Source of the DNA: Eledone cirrhosa
Lineage: Eukaryota
Assembly (NCBI GenBank): GCA_964016885.1
Contig: OZ024743.1
Span: forward strand, 39,618,001-39,682,000
Direction of reading: 5' to 3'
DNA: 64,000 bases
The translations under genes and the position numbers were made by a program. The stretch's first letter is position 1, and each line of letters starts with the position of its first letter. The notes beneath the pieces are model-generated. The model did not search any database and had not been told where the DNA came from. It saw nothing but the letters and a program-made list of their open reading frames with translations. Positions 27,279 to 39,528 of the stretch are shown piece after piece.

Positions 27279-27645
27279 TGTTTACCAATGCACGGTTGAA
27301 TCGGACGACCAGAAATGGTATTATATCGGATCTACCACCACATCGTTTAAATCTCGCTGGTACCGTCATCGATTCTCAATCAAACATCAGAATCACCGTT
27401 TTGTGACCACGCTCGCCAACAAGACCTGGCAACTCCGTGAACACAACCAACAGTTCACCTTAAAATGGGATATACTTTCCAGCGCAAATGCATATCGGAG
27501 TGGTTTGAAGTACTGCAGGTTATGTAACCTTGAGCTATTTTACATACTAAAATCCAAAAACAAACTACTTAACGATAGAATTGAACGATCATTATACTGC
27601 AACCACAAACTAAAAGCTAAATTCTCTCACTATAAAATAACTTAA
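26998..27645 (+). CDS. Mirror chimeric 215-aa GIY-YIG-only ORF
   Basis: ATG at 26998; the frame stays open through the axis into NGRRILHNPP...HYKIT. Confidence 0.45.
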   Translation: MLDFRHSFCNGHLSGRWQLHALLWVAGIPWIGCDSGTGGLCNIRLPFNGRRILHNPPVPLSQPIHGIPATHNKACNCHLPERCPLQNECLKSNIVYQCTVESDDQKWYYIGSTTTSFKSRWYRHRFSIKHQNHRFVTTLANKTWQLREHNQQFTLKWDILSSANAYRSGLKYCRLCNLELFYILKSKNKLLNDRIERSLYCNHKLKAKFSHYKIT

Positions 27646-28134
27646 CATTCGAACCCGTAACTACAACACCACTTTCTAGCTAACAACCTTCTCTTCTCCC
27701 CCACACTACAAGACAATACACTGCTTATCACTATACATGGTAACTCAGTACAATTCCTAGATTACTACTACAAAACCAAAAGTTCACTCACCACATATAC
27801 TTTATCTGTCCCCTCTCTACCTATATATCTCTCTCTACATCCATTACACTCTCTCTCTCTCACCTTTGACCTACCTCCCTCTCAACATCTATGAACTTGA
27901 CCTCTGGGGCAATAAATAATTCCGACCTCAACTATCTACGCATCTCTCCAAAAGTAACTAATAAAACCCCTACCATAACATTTTGATTAAGATATCTACA
28001 AGCCACTCTCTCCTACTTCTCCAACCCCTGCATATCTTTCCTTCTCTCTCCATCTTCCCTACTTTTCTCTCTTCCTGTTCCACTCTATCTTCCCCAACAA
28101 CCCCACTTAAGGGTTTTTGCATTGTATATTTACC

Positions 28135-28258
28135 ATTCTGCTCTGAGGAAACAGTGGTCACAGCATTGGATATTCGAGTTCTGCAAATACTTGTGAATTT
28201 GCACGTAGCGGAACTAGGCTGCAGTACCACCGTGGAAACACTTGTAAGCACACGGAAT
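28135..28258 (+). ncRNA. Type I hammerhead ribozyme with ~85-nt branched stem II, upstream of the ORF; predicted cleavage after 28246
   Basis: Stem I ATTC-TGCT/AGCA-cacg-GAAT; CTGAGGA at 28143-28149; stem II helices GTGGT/ACCAC, CAGC/GCTG, AGTTCTGC/GCGGAACT; GAAA at 28235-28238; CACTTG; GUA triplet; AATAAA follows. Confidence 0.8.
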
Positions 28259-28495
28259 AAACTACCTTTTTATGATGTCTACCTGTTATTATTCATTCTT
28301 TATATACACTCCGGAATACTGAAGGATCAGGAACTAAGTTTCTTGAACAATTCTTCCATAACTCGTAGAGTAACCTCTTACCGTACGTCAACCATATCCA
28401 GTGTAGTAATTAACCATCACTGCATCTTGGATAATCCTATACCTAATAATCGTCTCCTACATAGTTGAGCAACCACATCGACACACGGCATTAAT

Positions 28496-30823
28496 ATGGA
28501 AAGGCATCATATAGGTATGTCACTTAAAAACATACCTATACCTAACAAAAGGGAATATATTCTCAGTATGATTCAACGCAGTAACGACTTCATTCGGCGT
28601 GTACGATGGAAAGCTTTCCACTTCGATAAAGGACGCGCCAATCACTCGTCTGAATCATATGGTTTTAAATCATGTAAAAACCCACCTACAAACCCTCACC
28701 TCGAAGCTTTCGAACAGGACTTATTGAAAACTACCATGAACATTAAGTTCAACAGACATAGAAATAATGAGCTGCAGAACAACATGAAAGCACTACTCCG
28801 AAGATTGCAAAATACCAATGGAATTGTTGTGAAAGCTGACAAGACTTCTAACGTGTATACCATGGATATCGATACGTATAATAACTTCATACGCAACGAA
28901 CTACACAAAAAATATAGAAAAACAAATGAAACTACGCTAGCAAATATTAACAACGAGGCATACAAAGTGGTAAAGAATCTCAAGATAGACGATAGAACCG
29001 AGCCGATTATACCCGCTACCCCCACCTTCAACCTGAAGGACCATAAGGTAAATTTTGACTCTAACCCTAAGATTAGACTTATATGCCCTTCTAAATCAGA
29101 CATAGGGAAAATTAGTAAACATATACTTGACAGAGTAATAACTCAAGTGAAAAAGAAAATTGAAATTAAATTATGGGGCAACACTAGCGAAGCAATTCGC
29201 TGGTTTAATAATGTTAAGAATAAGAATAAATCTAAGTTTATACAATTTGACATAGACGAATACTACTCTTCCATCTCACCAAGCACTTTACGTAAGGCCC
29301 TATCGTTTGCTAAGGCCAATTCCGACCTAACGGAGGAAGAAATTAATATTATTCTCGAGGCTAGAAAAACCATTATTAAGTTCGATAACTGCTACTGGGA
29401 ACGTAAGGACAGACCCACAAATTTCGATATTACCATGGGTTCCAACGACTCGGCGGAGGTCACGGATCTCGTGGGAATTTACATAGCCCACATATTACAT
29501 AGTAGATTTAGTAATCTACAGGGGGGGATATATAGAGATGACGGGCTCTTATTAGTTAATAACTTGAATAACCAAAATCTTGAAAGGCTACGGAAAAATA
29601 TTAGAAAATCTTTTAGTGAACTGGGCCTAAAAATAACATACGAATACAATCTTAAGGTAGTAAACTTTCTGGACGTAACTCTTAATTTAAATACCGGACA
29701 GATACGACCCTTCCACAAGGTAAATGAGAACCTTACGTATATTAACTTTAACTCTAACCACCCACTCTCCATGATCAAATCAGTTCCCCGGAGTATTTCT
29801 CTTAGAATCTCTCGCCTATCGTCTAACTCTGATATTTTTAGCGAGCATGCTGAATACTACAATAATGCATTAAGGAATGCTGACCACCGGGATACAATAG
29901 AATACATCGATAGTAATTTCCACAACACACATAGCTCTACACGTAATCAAGGTATACGTAACCGGGGGACTAAAACACAAGCACACACACACTATACTAC
30001 CAGACATACTAATAATAGAAGTTCACCACCAAATAAATCACGTTGTAGAAAGTATATCTGGTATAATCCTATTTTTAATGCCTCGATTAGTACAAAACTA
30101 TCTCTTTCATTCTTTAAATTAATCAATAAACACTTCCCTAGTTCCCATAAGTACAGCAAAATTCTGAACTCCAAAACTATTAGACTATCATACTCCACGG
30201 CACCAAACCTTGAAGCTTACATAAAAAAACTTAACTTAAGGCAATTAAACAACTCTACAAAACAAAACATTTTAGTAACAGGTGGGCAGAACGCAATATC
30301 TGCCTCCCAACCACTAAATGGGAGACGGATATTGCACAACCCACCTGTACCGCTATCACAACCTATCCATGGTATACCCGCTACCCACAACAAAGCATGT
30401 AACTGCCATCTACCTGAAAGATGTCCATTGCAGAATGAATGCCTAAAGTCCAACATTGTTTACCAATGCACGGTTGAATCGGACGACCAGAAATGGTATT
30501 ATATCGGATCTACCACCACATCGTTTAAATCTCGCTGGTACCGTCATCGATTCTCAATCAAACATCAGAATCACCGTTTTGTGACCACGCTCGCCAACAA
30601 GACCTGGCAACTCCGTGAACACAACCAACAGTTCACCTTAAAATGGGATATACTTTCCAGCGCAAATGCATATCGGAGTGGTTTGAAGTACTGCAGGTTA
30701 TGTAACCTTGAGCTATTTTACATACTAAAATCCAAAAACAAACTACTTAACGATAGAATTGAACGATCATTATACTGCAACCACAAACTAAAAGCTAAAT
30801 TCTCTCACTATAAAATAACTTAA
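28496..30823 (+). CDS. PLE polyprotein (RT + GIY-YIG), intact, 775 aa, identical protein to 23453-25780
   Basis: Same motifs; ORF-track translations are identical. Confidence 0.95.
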   Translation: MERHHIGMSLKNIPIPNKREYILSMIQRSNDFIRRVRWKAFHFDKGRANHSSESYGFKSCKNPPTNPHLEAFEQDLLKTTMNIKFNRHRNNELQNNMKALLRRLQNTNGIVVKADKTSNVYTMDIDTYNNFIRNELHKKYRKTNETTLANINNEAYKVVKNLKIDDRTEPIIPATPTFNLKDHKVNFDSNPKIRLICPSKSDIGKISKHILDRVITQVKKKIEIKLWGNTSEAIRWFNNVKNKNKSKFIQFDIDEYYSSISPSTLRKALSFAKANSDLTEEEINIILEARKTIIKFDNCYWERKDRPTNFDITMGSNDSAEVTDLVGIYIAHILHSRFSNLQGGIYRDDGLLLVNNLNNQNLERLRKNIRKSFSELGLKITYEYNLKVVNFLDVTLNLNTGQIRPFHKVNENLTYINFNSNHPLSMIKSVPRSISLRISRLSSNSDIFSEHAEYYNNALRNADHRDTIEYIDSNFHNTHSSTRNQGIRNRGTKTQAHTHYTTRHTNNRSSPPNKSRCRKYIWYNPIFNASISTKLSLSFFKLINKHFPSSHKYSKILNSKTIRLSYSTAPNLEAYIKKLNLRQLNNSTKQNILVTGGQNAISASQPLNGRRILHNPPVPLSQPIHGIPATHNKACNCHLPERCPLQNECLKSNIVYQCTVESDDQKWYYIGSTTTSFKSRWYRHRFSIKHQNHRFVTTLANKTWQLREHNQQFTLKWDILSSANAYRSGLKYCRLCNLELFYILKSKNKLLNDRIERSLYCNHKLKAKFSHYKIT

Positions 30824-31312
30824 CATTCGAACCCGTAACTACAACACCACTTTCTAGCTAACAACCTTCTCTTCTCCCCCACACTACAAGACAATACACT
30901 GCTTATCACTATACATGGTAACTCAGTACAATTCCTAGATTACTACTACAAAACCAAAAGTTCACTCACCACATATACTTTATCTGTCCCCTCTCTACCT
31001 ATATATCTCTCTCTACATCCATTACACTCTCTCTCTCTCACCTTTGACCTACCTCCCTCTCAACATCTATGAACTTGACCTCTGGGGCAATAAATAATTC
31101 CGACCTCAACTATCTACGCATCTCTCCAAAAGTAACTAATAAAACCCCTACCATAACATTTTGATTAAGATATCTACAAGCCACTCTCTCCTACTTCTCC
31201 AACCCCTGCATATCTTTCCTTCTCTCTCCATCTTCCCTACTTTTCTCTCTTCCTGTTCCACTCTATCTTCCCCAACAACCCCACTTAAGGGTTTTTGCAT
31301 TGTATATTTACC

Positions 31313-31435
31313 ATTCTGCTCTGAGGAAACAGTGGTCACAGCATTGGATATTCGAGTTCTGCAAATACTTGTGAATTTGCACGTAGCGGAACTAGGCTGC
31401 AGTACCACCGTGAAACACTTGTAAGCACACGGAAT
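31313..31435 (+). ncRNA. Hammerhead ribozyme (copy 4, 3' pLTR), one G deleted before GAAA
   Basis: ACCACCGTGAAACACTTGTAAGCA here versus ACCACCGTGGAAAC in the other three copies. Confidence 0.75.
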
Positions 31436-31627
31436 AAACTACCTTTTTATGATGTCTACCTGTTATTATTCATTCTTTATATACACTCCGGAATACTGAA
31501 GGATCAGGAACTAAGTTTCTTGAACAATTCTTCCATAACTCGTAGAGTAACCTCTTACCGTACGTCAACCATATCCAGTGTAGTAATTAACCATCACTGC
31601 ATCTTGGATAATCCTATACCTAATATA

Positions 31628-31667
<40 letters not shown>

Positions 31668-31671
31668 TATA

Positions 31672-31752
<81 letters not shown>

Positions 31753-31754
<2 letters not shown>

Positions 31755-31990
31755 GATATTAACAAATGGAAACTATGTTTATCAAACCATATTTATTTCC
31801 TTATACATATTCCAAGGACACCAAGTTAAATCATGGTGTGCACTCATCAGATAAAATATAATATATAGCATTCTTATAAATAAATATTGACATATCCTTA
31901 AAGAATGCAACCATTACTGTTGGAAGCTCCCGGTTATAAAAATATTTGCTTGTTGTATCCCAACAATTTAAATAGAACTTTTAGATATAT
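31753..31990 (-). mobile_element. Short HHR-bearing PLE 3'-end fragment (family also at 42121 and 61240); HHR at 31794-31858 has GAAA changed to GGAA
   Basis: ACGATATTAACAAATGGAAACTA starts right after (TA)n; rc TATTTTAT CTGATGA GTGCACACCA...TGGTGTCCTT GGAA TATGTA TA. Confidence 0.7.
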
Positions 31991-32014
31991 ATATATATTT
32001 ATTAACATATCAGA

Positions 32015-33070
32015 TTAAAGTTTAAGCAATGCCCGTAAGTCGGGGATTAATTTCGACGACTCGATTTGGATTAAAAAATCCAATAGTATCCCATTCGACG
32101 TGAGTATCGGCGCCAGTGATTCTGCGGCGGTTACTGATCTTATCGACCGTTTCCTTCTTTTCTCGATCAAGGACGAATTCCCCAATGCGGGCGGTGGTTT
32201 GTACCGTGACGATGGTCTTGTGACCATGACTAAGTGCGGACCTCGTGCTTGCGACAGGTTCAGAAAAGAACTCACAGCTTTCTTTAAAGGCCTCAACCTC
32301 TCTATACAGGTTGAGGCCAATCTCTCGGTCGTTAATTACCTCGACGTTACCCTCAATTTATTGAATGGGTTGTATTACCCGTATAGGAAGCCGAATGATA
32401 CGCTTAATTACATAAGTAAGCATTCCACACCATCCTGCCAGCATAACCAAGAACCTGGTACGAAACGTTTCGTTGAGGCTTTCCCGTCTTTCCATCAACG
32501 AGCGTATTTTCAACGACCATTCCACTTATTACAATGAAGCTCTTGCTCGAAGTGGATTTGTCGATAAGGTAGCACATACAGAGTACGAAAATAGACCTAG
32601 AAGAAATAGATCCCGTCGCATTTGTTGGTATAACCCACCATATAATATGGAGGTGGCCACACCATTAGCTAAGACCTTTCTTTCCCTTATTACGAAGCAT
32701 TTTCCCCCTACACATAAATATAGTAAAATGTTTAATTGAAATACTATTAAAATTTCTTACTCTACGACTCCTAACCTTGCACATAACATCACAGCTTCAA
32801 ATTTAGCTAAACTACCTAGCCGTAGGAACACGTGCAACCCTGTAGTTAGTACTAACTGTAATTGTAGGAATCGGGTTGATTGCCCCCTATCCGGGAAATG
32901 CCTCTCTAGTAACATTGTCTACAAATGTAAGGTTGTAACACCAACGTCCCGTAGGGCCTACATAGGGTTAACCTCCAATAGATTCAAGCAGCGTGTTTAC
33001 ATGCATATCCATTCTTTTCGTTACCCTCTAAGAAGGAATATGACGTCACTTTCATCTTATATCTGGAGTC
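32015..33070 (+). pseudogene. Decayed 5'-truncated Hydra-like PLE (RT, linker, GIY-YIG) with frameshifts and stops
   Basis: GASDSAAVTDL, LYRDDG, NYLDVTLNL, WYNPPY, CNCRNRVDCPLSGKCL, NIVYKC...AYIGLTS. Confidence 0.88.
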
Positions 33071-33074
33071 TAAA

Positions 33075-33700
33075 TTTCTCTATTTGTTTATTTATTTATT
33101 TATTTACATGTTATTGGTTGGTTGTTTGTTCTATGTGTGTGTGTGTTTTCATTTTGCCCTTAATTGTAAGTTGTGATGTTGCTGTTCCAGAAAAGATGCA
33201 ATGTTTAGACAAATTACAGAGGCAATAAACATAAAAGAATTACAACCAAAATTAAATAGAAAATATGAGTGGAACAGCAACATCATAACTTACAATTAAG
33301 GGCAAAATGAAAACACACACACACATAGAACAAACAACCAACCAATAAAATGTAAATAAATAAATAAATAAACAAATAGATAAATGAACATAAACACACA
33401 CAGACACCCGGATGTGGCGCATGCGCAAACTGAGCACACAACACACACACAGAAACAAAATGGCGTAGGACAGAACAAAGGAGAGGCACAGAAAGAAAGA
33501 AAGGAATCCCCAGTCACTGAAGAGGTCACAGAGTGTGTGACAAAAGCACTATGACTATATATAAACAACTATCTGGTAGTGGAACCAACCAACCAGAAAT
33601 TTATAAATATATAAATTTATAAATATATAATTAACTGAAGTGAAAGCAACTGGTGCGTGTGTTTCTTATTGGTAACATGACCCTCCCAAAGTATAATAAT
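33075..33700 (+). mobile_element. 3'-UTR remnant with 5' inversion (33075-33190 is the rc of 33270-33385), related in layout to the 34590-36372 element
   Basis: Inverted copy; GCGCATGCGC and CAAAATGGCG motifs, an HHR motif and the TGACCCTCCCAAA terminus in the same order as in 35950-36372. Confidence 0.7.
33512..33556 (+). ncRNA. Degenerate minimal hammerhead (GAAA changed to AAAA)
   Basis: AGTCA CTGAAGA G-GTCACA-GAGTG-TGTGAC AAAA GCAC TA TGACT. Confidence 0.6.
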
Positions 33701-33705
33701 ATATA

Positions 33706-33742
<37 letters not shown>

Positions 33743-33996
33743 CCATGTATATATATATATTGTTTCTGAATTTGTTTAGCAAGATTCTTTATCTGAGAAT
33801 GTGTGTTGAAACCGATATTGTTATACTTTGGGAGGGTCATGTTGCCAATAAGAAACACACGCACCAGTAACTTTCACTTCCTAAATTCACTTTGTAAATT
33901 CCTATATTTATAAATTTATTGTAATAAATTGAAGTGAAAGCATCTGGTGCGTGTGTTTCTTACTGGCAACATGACCCTCCCAAAGTATAACAATAT

Positions 33997-34595
<599 letters not shown>

Positions 34596-34840
34596 ATATT
34601 TGGGGAGGGTCATATTTGCGTAATATTCCCAGAATTAATAACAGAACACACTCACTGTTTGGTTGGTTTTCGCTTCTCGCTGTCTTTTATATATATATAT
34701 CTGCGATCTAACTTACTCGGTCCTCAATGTTGCCATTGACTGACCGGCGGTCAAAAATAATACAGATACAATATAGACACAAACACATATATATTGTTTA
34801 CATAATTTACATAAATCTTTCGTTGCACATCTGCAACATC

Positions 34841-35844
34841 TCCAAACACCCTAACAATAGACTACCTGTATTAGACACAGAACTCTGGACTAACACTATA
34901 GACGAGAGAGCCCAAATTCTCCACTCACACTATGCTAAACCCATGGCCTCCAAATACCTGATACTAAAAAACTCAGCAATGTCCAGTAGTGCTACGTTTA
35001 ATATTCTGATCGCAGATTTGGTACGAGTGATGAAGAATGTGTCCAGCATGTGCGACCCAACAGAAATGGAAGGACACATCCAACACTTCATCAACCGCAT
35101 GCAGTTCTCTGGCTACAACCAAAGAGACAGAGTCAGAGTATACGAAGGAGCCATGGAAAAGTATAAGACCCTCATAGAACTGGACATGAAAGGAATTTGC
35201 CCACTATACAGGAGCAAATCATGGAATAGCTTAGATAGGGCTAGACATAAGATAGGGAAGGCCACGACAACCAGAGATATCAGAGTGTCATGTTTGTGGA
35301 CGCCACCCCTGGAGGGAAATTAGCTAACCAGTGTAGAAAGGCCCTGAGAAAGACCCACTTAAAAATAAAGGTGGTAGAAAAGCCAGGAACCACCATAAAA
35401 TCCCTGATCAGCAAAACCTACCCTTTTAAGAAAACCCACTGTACCAATAGGAAATGTATCATATGTAAGGTGAACCCCCGGATAAACTGTAAAACTAGAA
35501 ACGTAGTCTATAGCATAAGATGTACAGAGGGTACTTGCAGAAACATGACAACAACATACAGAGGTGAGACAGCTCGTAGCATAGGTGAAAGGATAGACCA
35601 ACACTGGGGGGAACTAAAAGGACGAAAAAACGGGTCAGTACTATACGAACATGCTAGACAACAACATGACGGTAACATAGACAACATAGAAATTAGAATA
35701 ATATCTAAACATAGGAATGACCCAGCAGATAGGCAAATGAGAGAGGCCAGTGAAATAGAAATTAGAAGACCAAAGCTAAACAGAAAGAATGAGTGGAACA
35801 ACAACAACACCCAAACAAACAACACTGACCTAAGAGAAGTATAA
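34841..35844 (+). pseudogene. PLE RT thumb + Cys-rich linker + GIY-YIG endonuclease with CCHH-type residues; one frameshift ~35270
   Basis: LPVLDTELW, HYAKPMAS, FSGY, FVDATPGG, KVVEKPG, C-x4-C-x2-C, NVVYSIRC...YRGETARS...R..QH, RQMREA, LNRKNEW. Confidence 0.88.
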
Positions 35845-36111
35845 ATAAGTAAATAAAATTAAATAAAATAAGATAAATAAATACATACACAAGCACATAA
35901 ACACACACTAGTCACCCAGCAGACACAACACTATACACACTAGTCACACATCACACATAACACTATACACACACGCAAACGCATGCGCAGAGAAGACAAA
36001 ATAAAATAAGATAAACAAACAAGCAAATAAATAAATAAATATATAGACAGACTGAACAAAAAACAAAATGGCGTAGACATACAACACAACAGGAGGAACA
36101 ATGAATATAAC

Positions 36112-36153
36112 ACCACTGACGATGTTGCAGATGTGCAACGAAAGATTTATGTA
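36112..36153 (+). ncRNA. Minimal hammerhead motif (weak stem I)
   Basis: CA CTGACGA T-GTTGCA-GATG-TGCAAC GAAA GATT TA TG. Confidence 0.6.
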
Positions 36154-36411
36154 AATTATGTAAACTATATATATGTGTTTGTGTCTATATTGTATCTGTA
36201 TTATTTTTGACCGCCGGTCAGTCAATGGCAACTTTGAGGACCGAGTAAGTTAGATCGCAGATATATATATATATAAGACAGCGAGAAGCGAAAACCAACC
36301 AAACAGTGAGTGTGTTCTGTTATTAATTCTGGCAATATTACGCAAATATGACCCTCCCCAAATATAACAATATATGTTTCGACACACGATTTCATATAAA
36401 AAACCTCGTAA

Positions 36412-36485
<74 letters not shown>

Positions 36486-36515
36486 AGATCAAAAGACGGT
36501 TAAAAGAATTCCATG

Positions 36516-36586
36516 TATTTTATTATGCGCATTTCAAAAACAAATATCATCATGCAATAACATTTGTGTTTTCATCAGATAAAATA
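36516..36586 (-). ncRNA. Type I hammerhead ribozyme with palindromic stem III TGCGCA
   Basis: rc: TATTTTAT CTGATGA AAACACAAAT...ATTTGTTTTT GAAA TGCGCA TA ATAAAATA. Confidence 0.85.
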
Positions 36587-37696
36587 GGAAGACATGATAT
36601 GAAGGTTAAAAAACATTTGTGGATAGTGCAGTTTTAAATCAACATATGAAAAGTAGTTTTAGATTGATGTGTGATATTGGGAAAAAAATTGAGATGAGGT
36701 GGAGGTTGGAAAGGATGAAAAAGAGGAGGAGATGAGAGTAAAAATTGGAGGGGGAGGAGTATAATCAGGAAGGATGAGATAGGAGAGATGGGTGATAGAG
36801 AGAGAGATAGTTTTTTATAACTGAGAAAAATATATTGTTTACATAAAGGGTTTAAAAAACCGTTGGAAGATAATATATAAATTAAAAGAATTTGGAAATT
36901 AACGAAGAGAAAAATAATGTATAGTTAAGGTTTGTATATTGAAGGGTTTAATAATATGTGCGATGAAAAGAAATTGTTAATATGTATTAAGGATAATATT
37001 TAAGGGTTTAATAATATGTGCGATGGAAAGAAAATGTTGATATGTATTATTAAAAATAGCAATAGTAATGTAAGTAAGGATATATTGTGAAAGAAGTAGA
37101 AGATAGGATGAATAAGTTAGATGAGGTTGAATAAGTTAGATGAGCATGAAAGGGAGAAGAATATAATGAATTGAGGATGAATAATCCAACATAAAAAAAA
37201 TGTTTATGTTTACGAAGGATTTTTTCAAGGTGATATAAAGTAAGAATATATTGTACTGTGTAATAATTGTTTCTATGTTAGGCACAATGAGAAAAGGTAC
37301 AGATTAGGGGTTAGAAATTAAATGAAAAAGAAAAGAAAAGGAAAAGGAAGAAAGGGAAGTGATAAATAGGAGTGATATAGAATGGATAACTAGTATTATA
37401 TAAGGTATAATAAATAACTTTGAAATAAGGAAGAAAGATGGGTATATTTTTAAAGAAGTATATATGTATATGTGCCTTTGAGAAAAGGATTTTAAATTGA
37501 TAAAATATTAGATTTTAGCTGTATACTTTATGGAATGTTCTGTGGAATTTATGCAAGCAGAGAGAAAACAAGTCAGTGCGTCTATTTATTATAGAATCTA
37601 AATTAGATATAATGGTAAATTTTTCATTACTATTGCTATGTTGATTTAAAACTGCACTATCCACAAGTGTTTTTTAACCTTCATATCATGTCTTCC

Positions 37697-37767
37697 TATT
37701 TTATCTGATGAAAACACAAGTGTTATTGCATGATGATATTTGTTTTTGAAATGCGCATAATAAAATA
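37697..37767 (+). ncRNA. Type I hammerhead ribozyme
   Basis: 8-bp stem I TATTTTAT/ATAAAATA; CTGATGA at 37705-37711; GAAA at 37748-37751; TGCGCA TA. Confidence 0.85.
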
Positions 37768-37890
37768 CATGGAACTCTTTTAACCATCTTTTGATATTAT
37801 ATATTATGTATACCCCAGCCCTACAAACTTTGGAGTGCTTCTTATCCGATATCTGCATTGCTTTATTGTACTACAATAAAACTCACCTTC

Positions 37891-37958
<68 letters not shown>

Positions 37959-37978
37959 TACATTGTGTATGTGTGTAT

Positions 37979-38029
<51 letters not shown>

Positions 38030-38036
38030 ATGTGTA

Positions 38037-38262
<226 letters not shown>

Positions 38263-39528
38263 CGAGTCGGACCCCGACGCCTGAGCCCAAGCCGTTTCGA
38301 CGGCTAATTCTGGATTAAATGAAAATGTTTATCCTGGTATATGAATAGCCGAGGTTCTCAGAGGGTAATTCTATTTATGGTAAAAGTTATAATAACAAGG
38401 GTTGGTCAAAGGTTTGTTGTTGAGACACATAATTCTATCATGGCAATTTGTGGAGGGAATGGGTAGCTGAACTTGCCAGTAGAAGAAAGAGGGAGAGGGA
38501 GTGGAGGAAACCCAATCGTTCGTTGAAAGTGCCTACTACAGCGGAATCCTAAGGATAAGAGGTCAAGAGAAGTATACTAGGGAAGGGGAGAGGGGGGGTG
38601 TCGAAACAATAAGTAAAACAGTATGGGTTAAATATATAGAAAAATACCGAGAATGTTATAAAAAAACAATTAAATGTAATTAAAAAAAAACAATTTCTGG
38701 TTACTATAACCTAAGGACAGCTATCAAGTCTCTCACAGGTACTGCTAGACTAAAGAAAGGTTTACTAGGCGGGACGGAATTATAATGAGGCCCTTTTAAG
38801 AGGTATAAGTAATTAACCGAGTATATCTTACGGTGACGGGTCAACAAGTGGGGGGCCAAAATACTAAAGAAACTACCACGAAATAATAATTCAGAGTCCC
38901 GAGACTAATACGAAATAAAGGTTTCTACTCCAGGCACAAGGCCAGCAAACACCCAGTGTAAAAAAAATAAACTAATACTAAATAATAAATCAGAATCCCG
39001 AAAAAGAATACTAATACTATCTCTAAGGATTCCGCCACGATACAAAAAATCTAGTGCAAACTACATAAATGCTCGTACTAAGTATATGAAAAATCTGATA
39101 CGGAAAATTAAATCAGAATCCCCCCCCCCCCAAAAAAAAAAAATAATTAATACTGATATACGAGAAATTAAAGCAAAGATACCACTAAGAAATATAGAAA
39201 GCACGGGAAGGGGGCAACCATCGAATAAGAAGGCAAGTATCCGGGGTCTAACACATCTGCTATCAAAAGCGGAGTCGGCTAATTCTATCATAGAATAGGG
39301 GAAGGGGGTGGGGGTACTGAGGCTACAAAGGACTGAAGGGCTGCCTCGGGTGGGCGAGAAAGTGAAAAGGACGACGACAAAGAAAGAGGACTGGGCTGGA
39401 AGGACTAGGGAGGGATGGGGGGAAGAAGGAAATATAGAGGAAGCGATAACAAGATATAATAGATCTTACGTCTACCCTTGCAAGCAGAGGTTACCCATTA
39501 CAAAGTCGGCAAGTGGGGTGTTATATCC

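Larger units (their letters stand above)
22792..31625. mobile_element. Young Penelope-like element insertion forming an ~8.7-kb palindrome (centre 27138); each arm is a partial tandem with a 3178-bp period
   Basis: Mirror coordinates sum to 54276 (23453+30823, 25780+28496); 1-nt spacer in CCCATT-T-AATGGG; (TA)n on both flanks. Confidence 0.95.
36478..37893. mobile_element. Non-coding PLE 3'-UTR insertion with inversion (arms 36478-36638 / 37645-37806); relative at 57335-57865
   Basis: Inverted arms each hold an HHR; 36660-36900 matches the rc of 57430-57700. Confidence 0.75.

Noticed and set aside
28311-28360. CTGAAGGA plus hairpin as a second hammerhead in the pLTR
   Set aside because: No GAAA-stem III-UH half in the right place
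27983-28468. 161-aa upstream ORF in the pLTR (and 93-aa antisense ORF)
   Set aside because: No ATG start (the track M is an alternative codon), low complexity, no recognisable domain, and a frameshift in the 31161 copy
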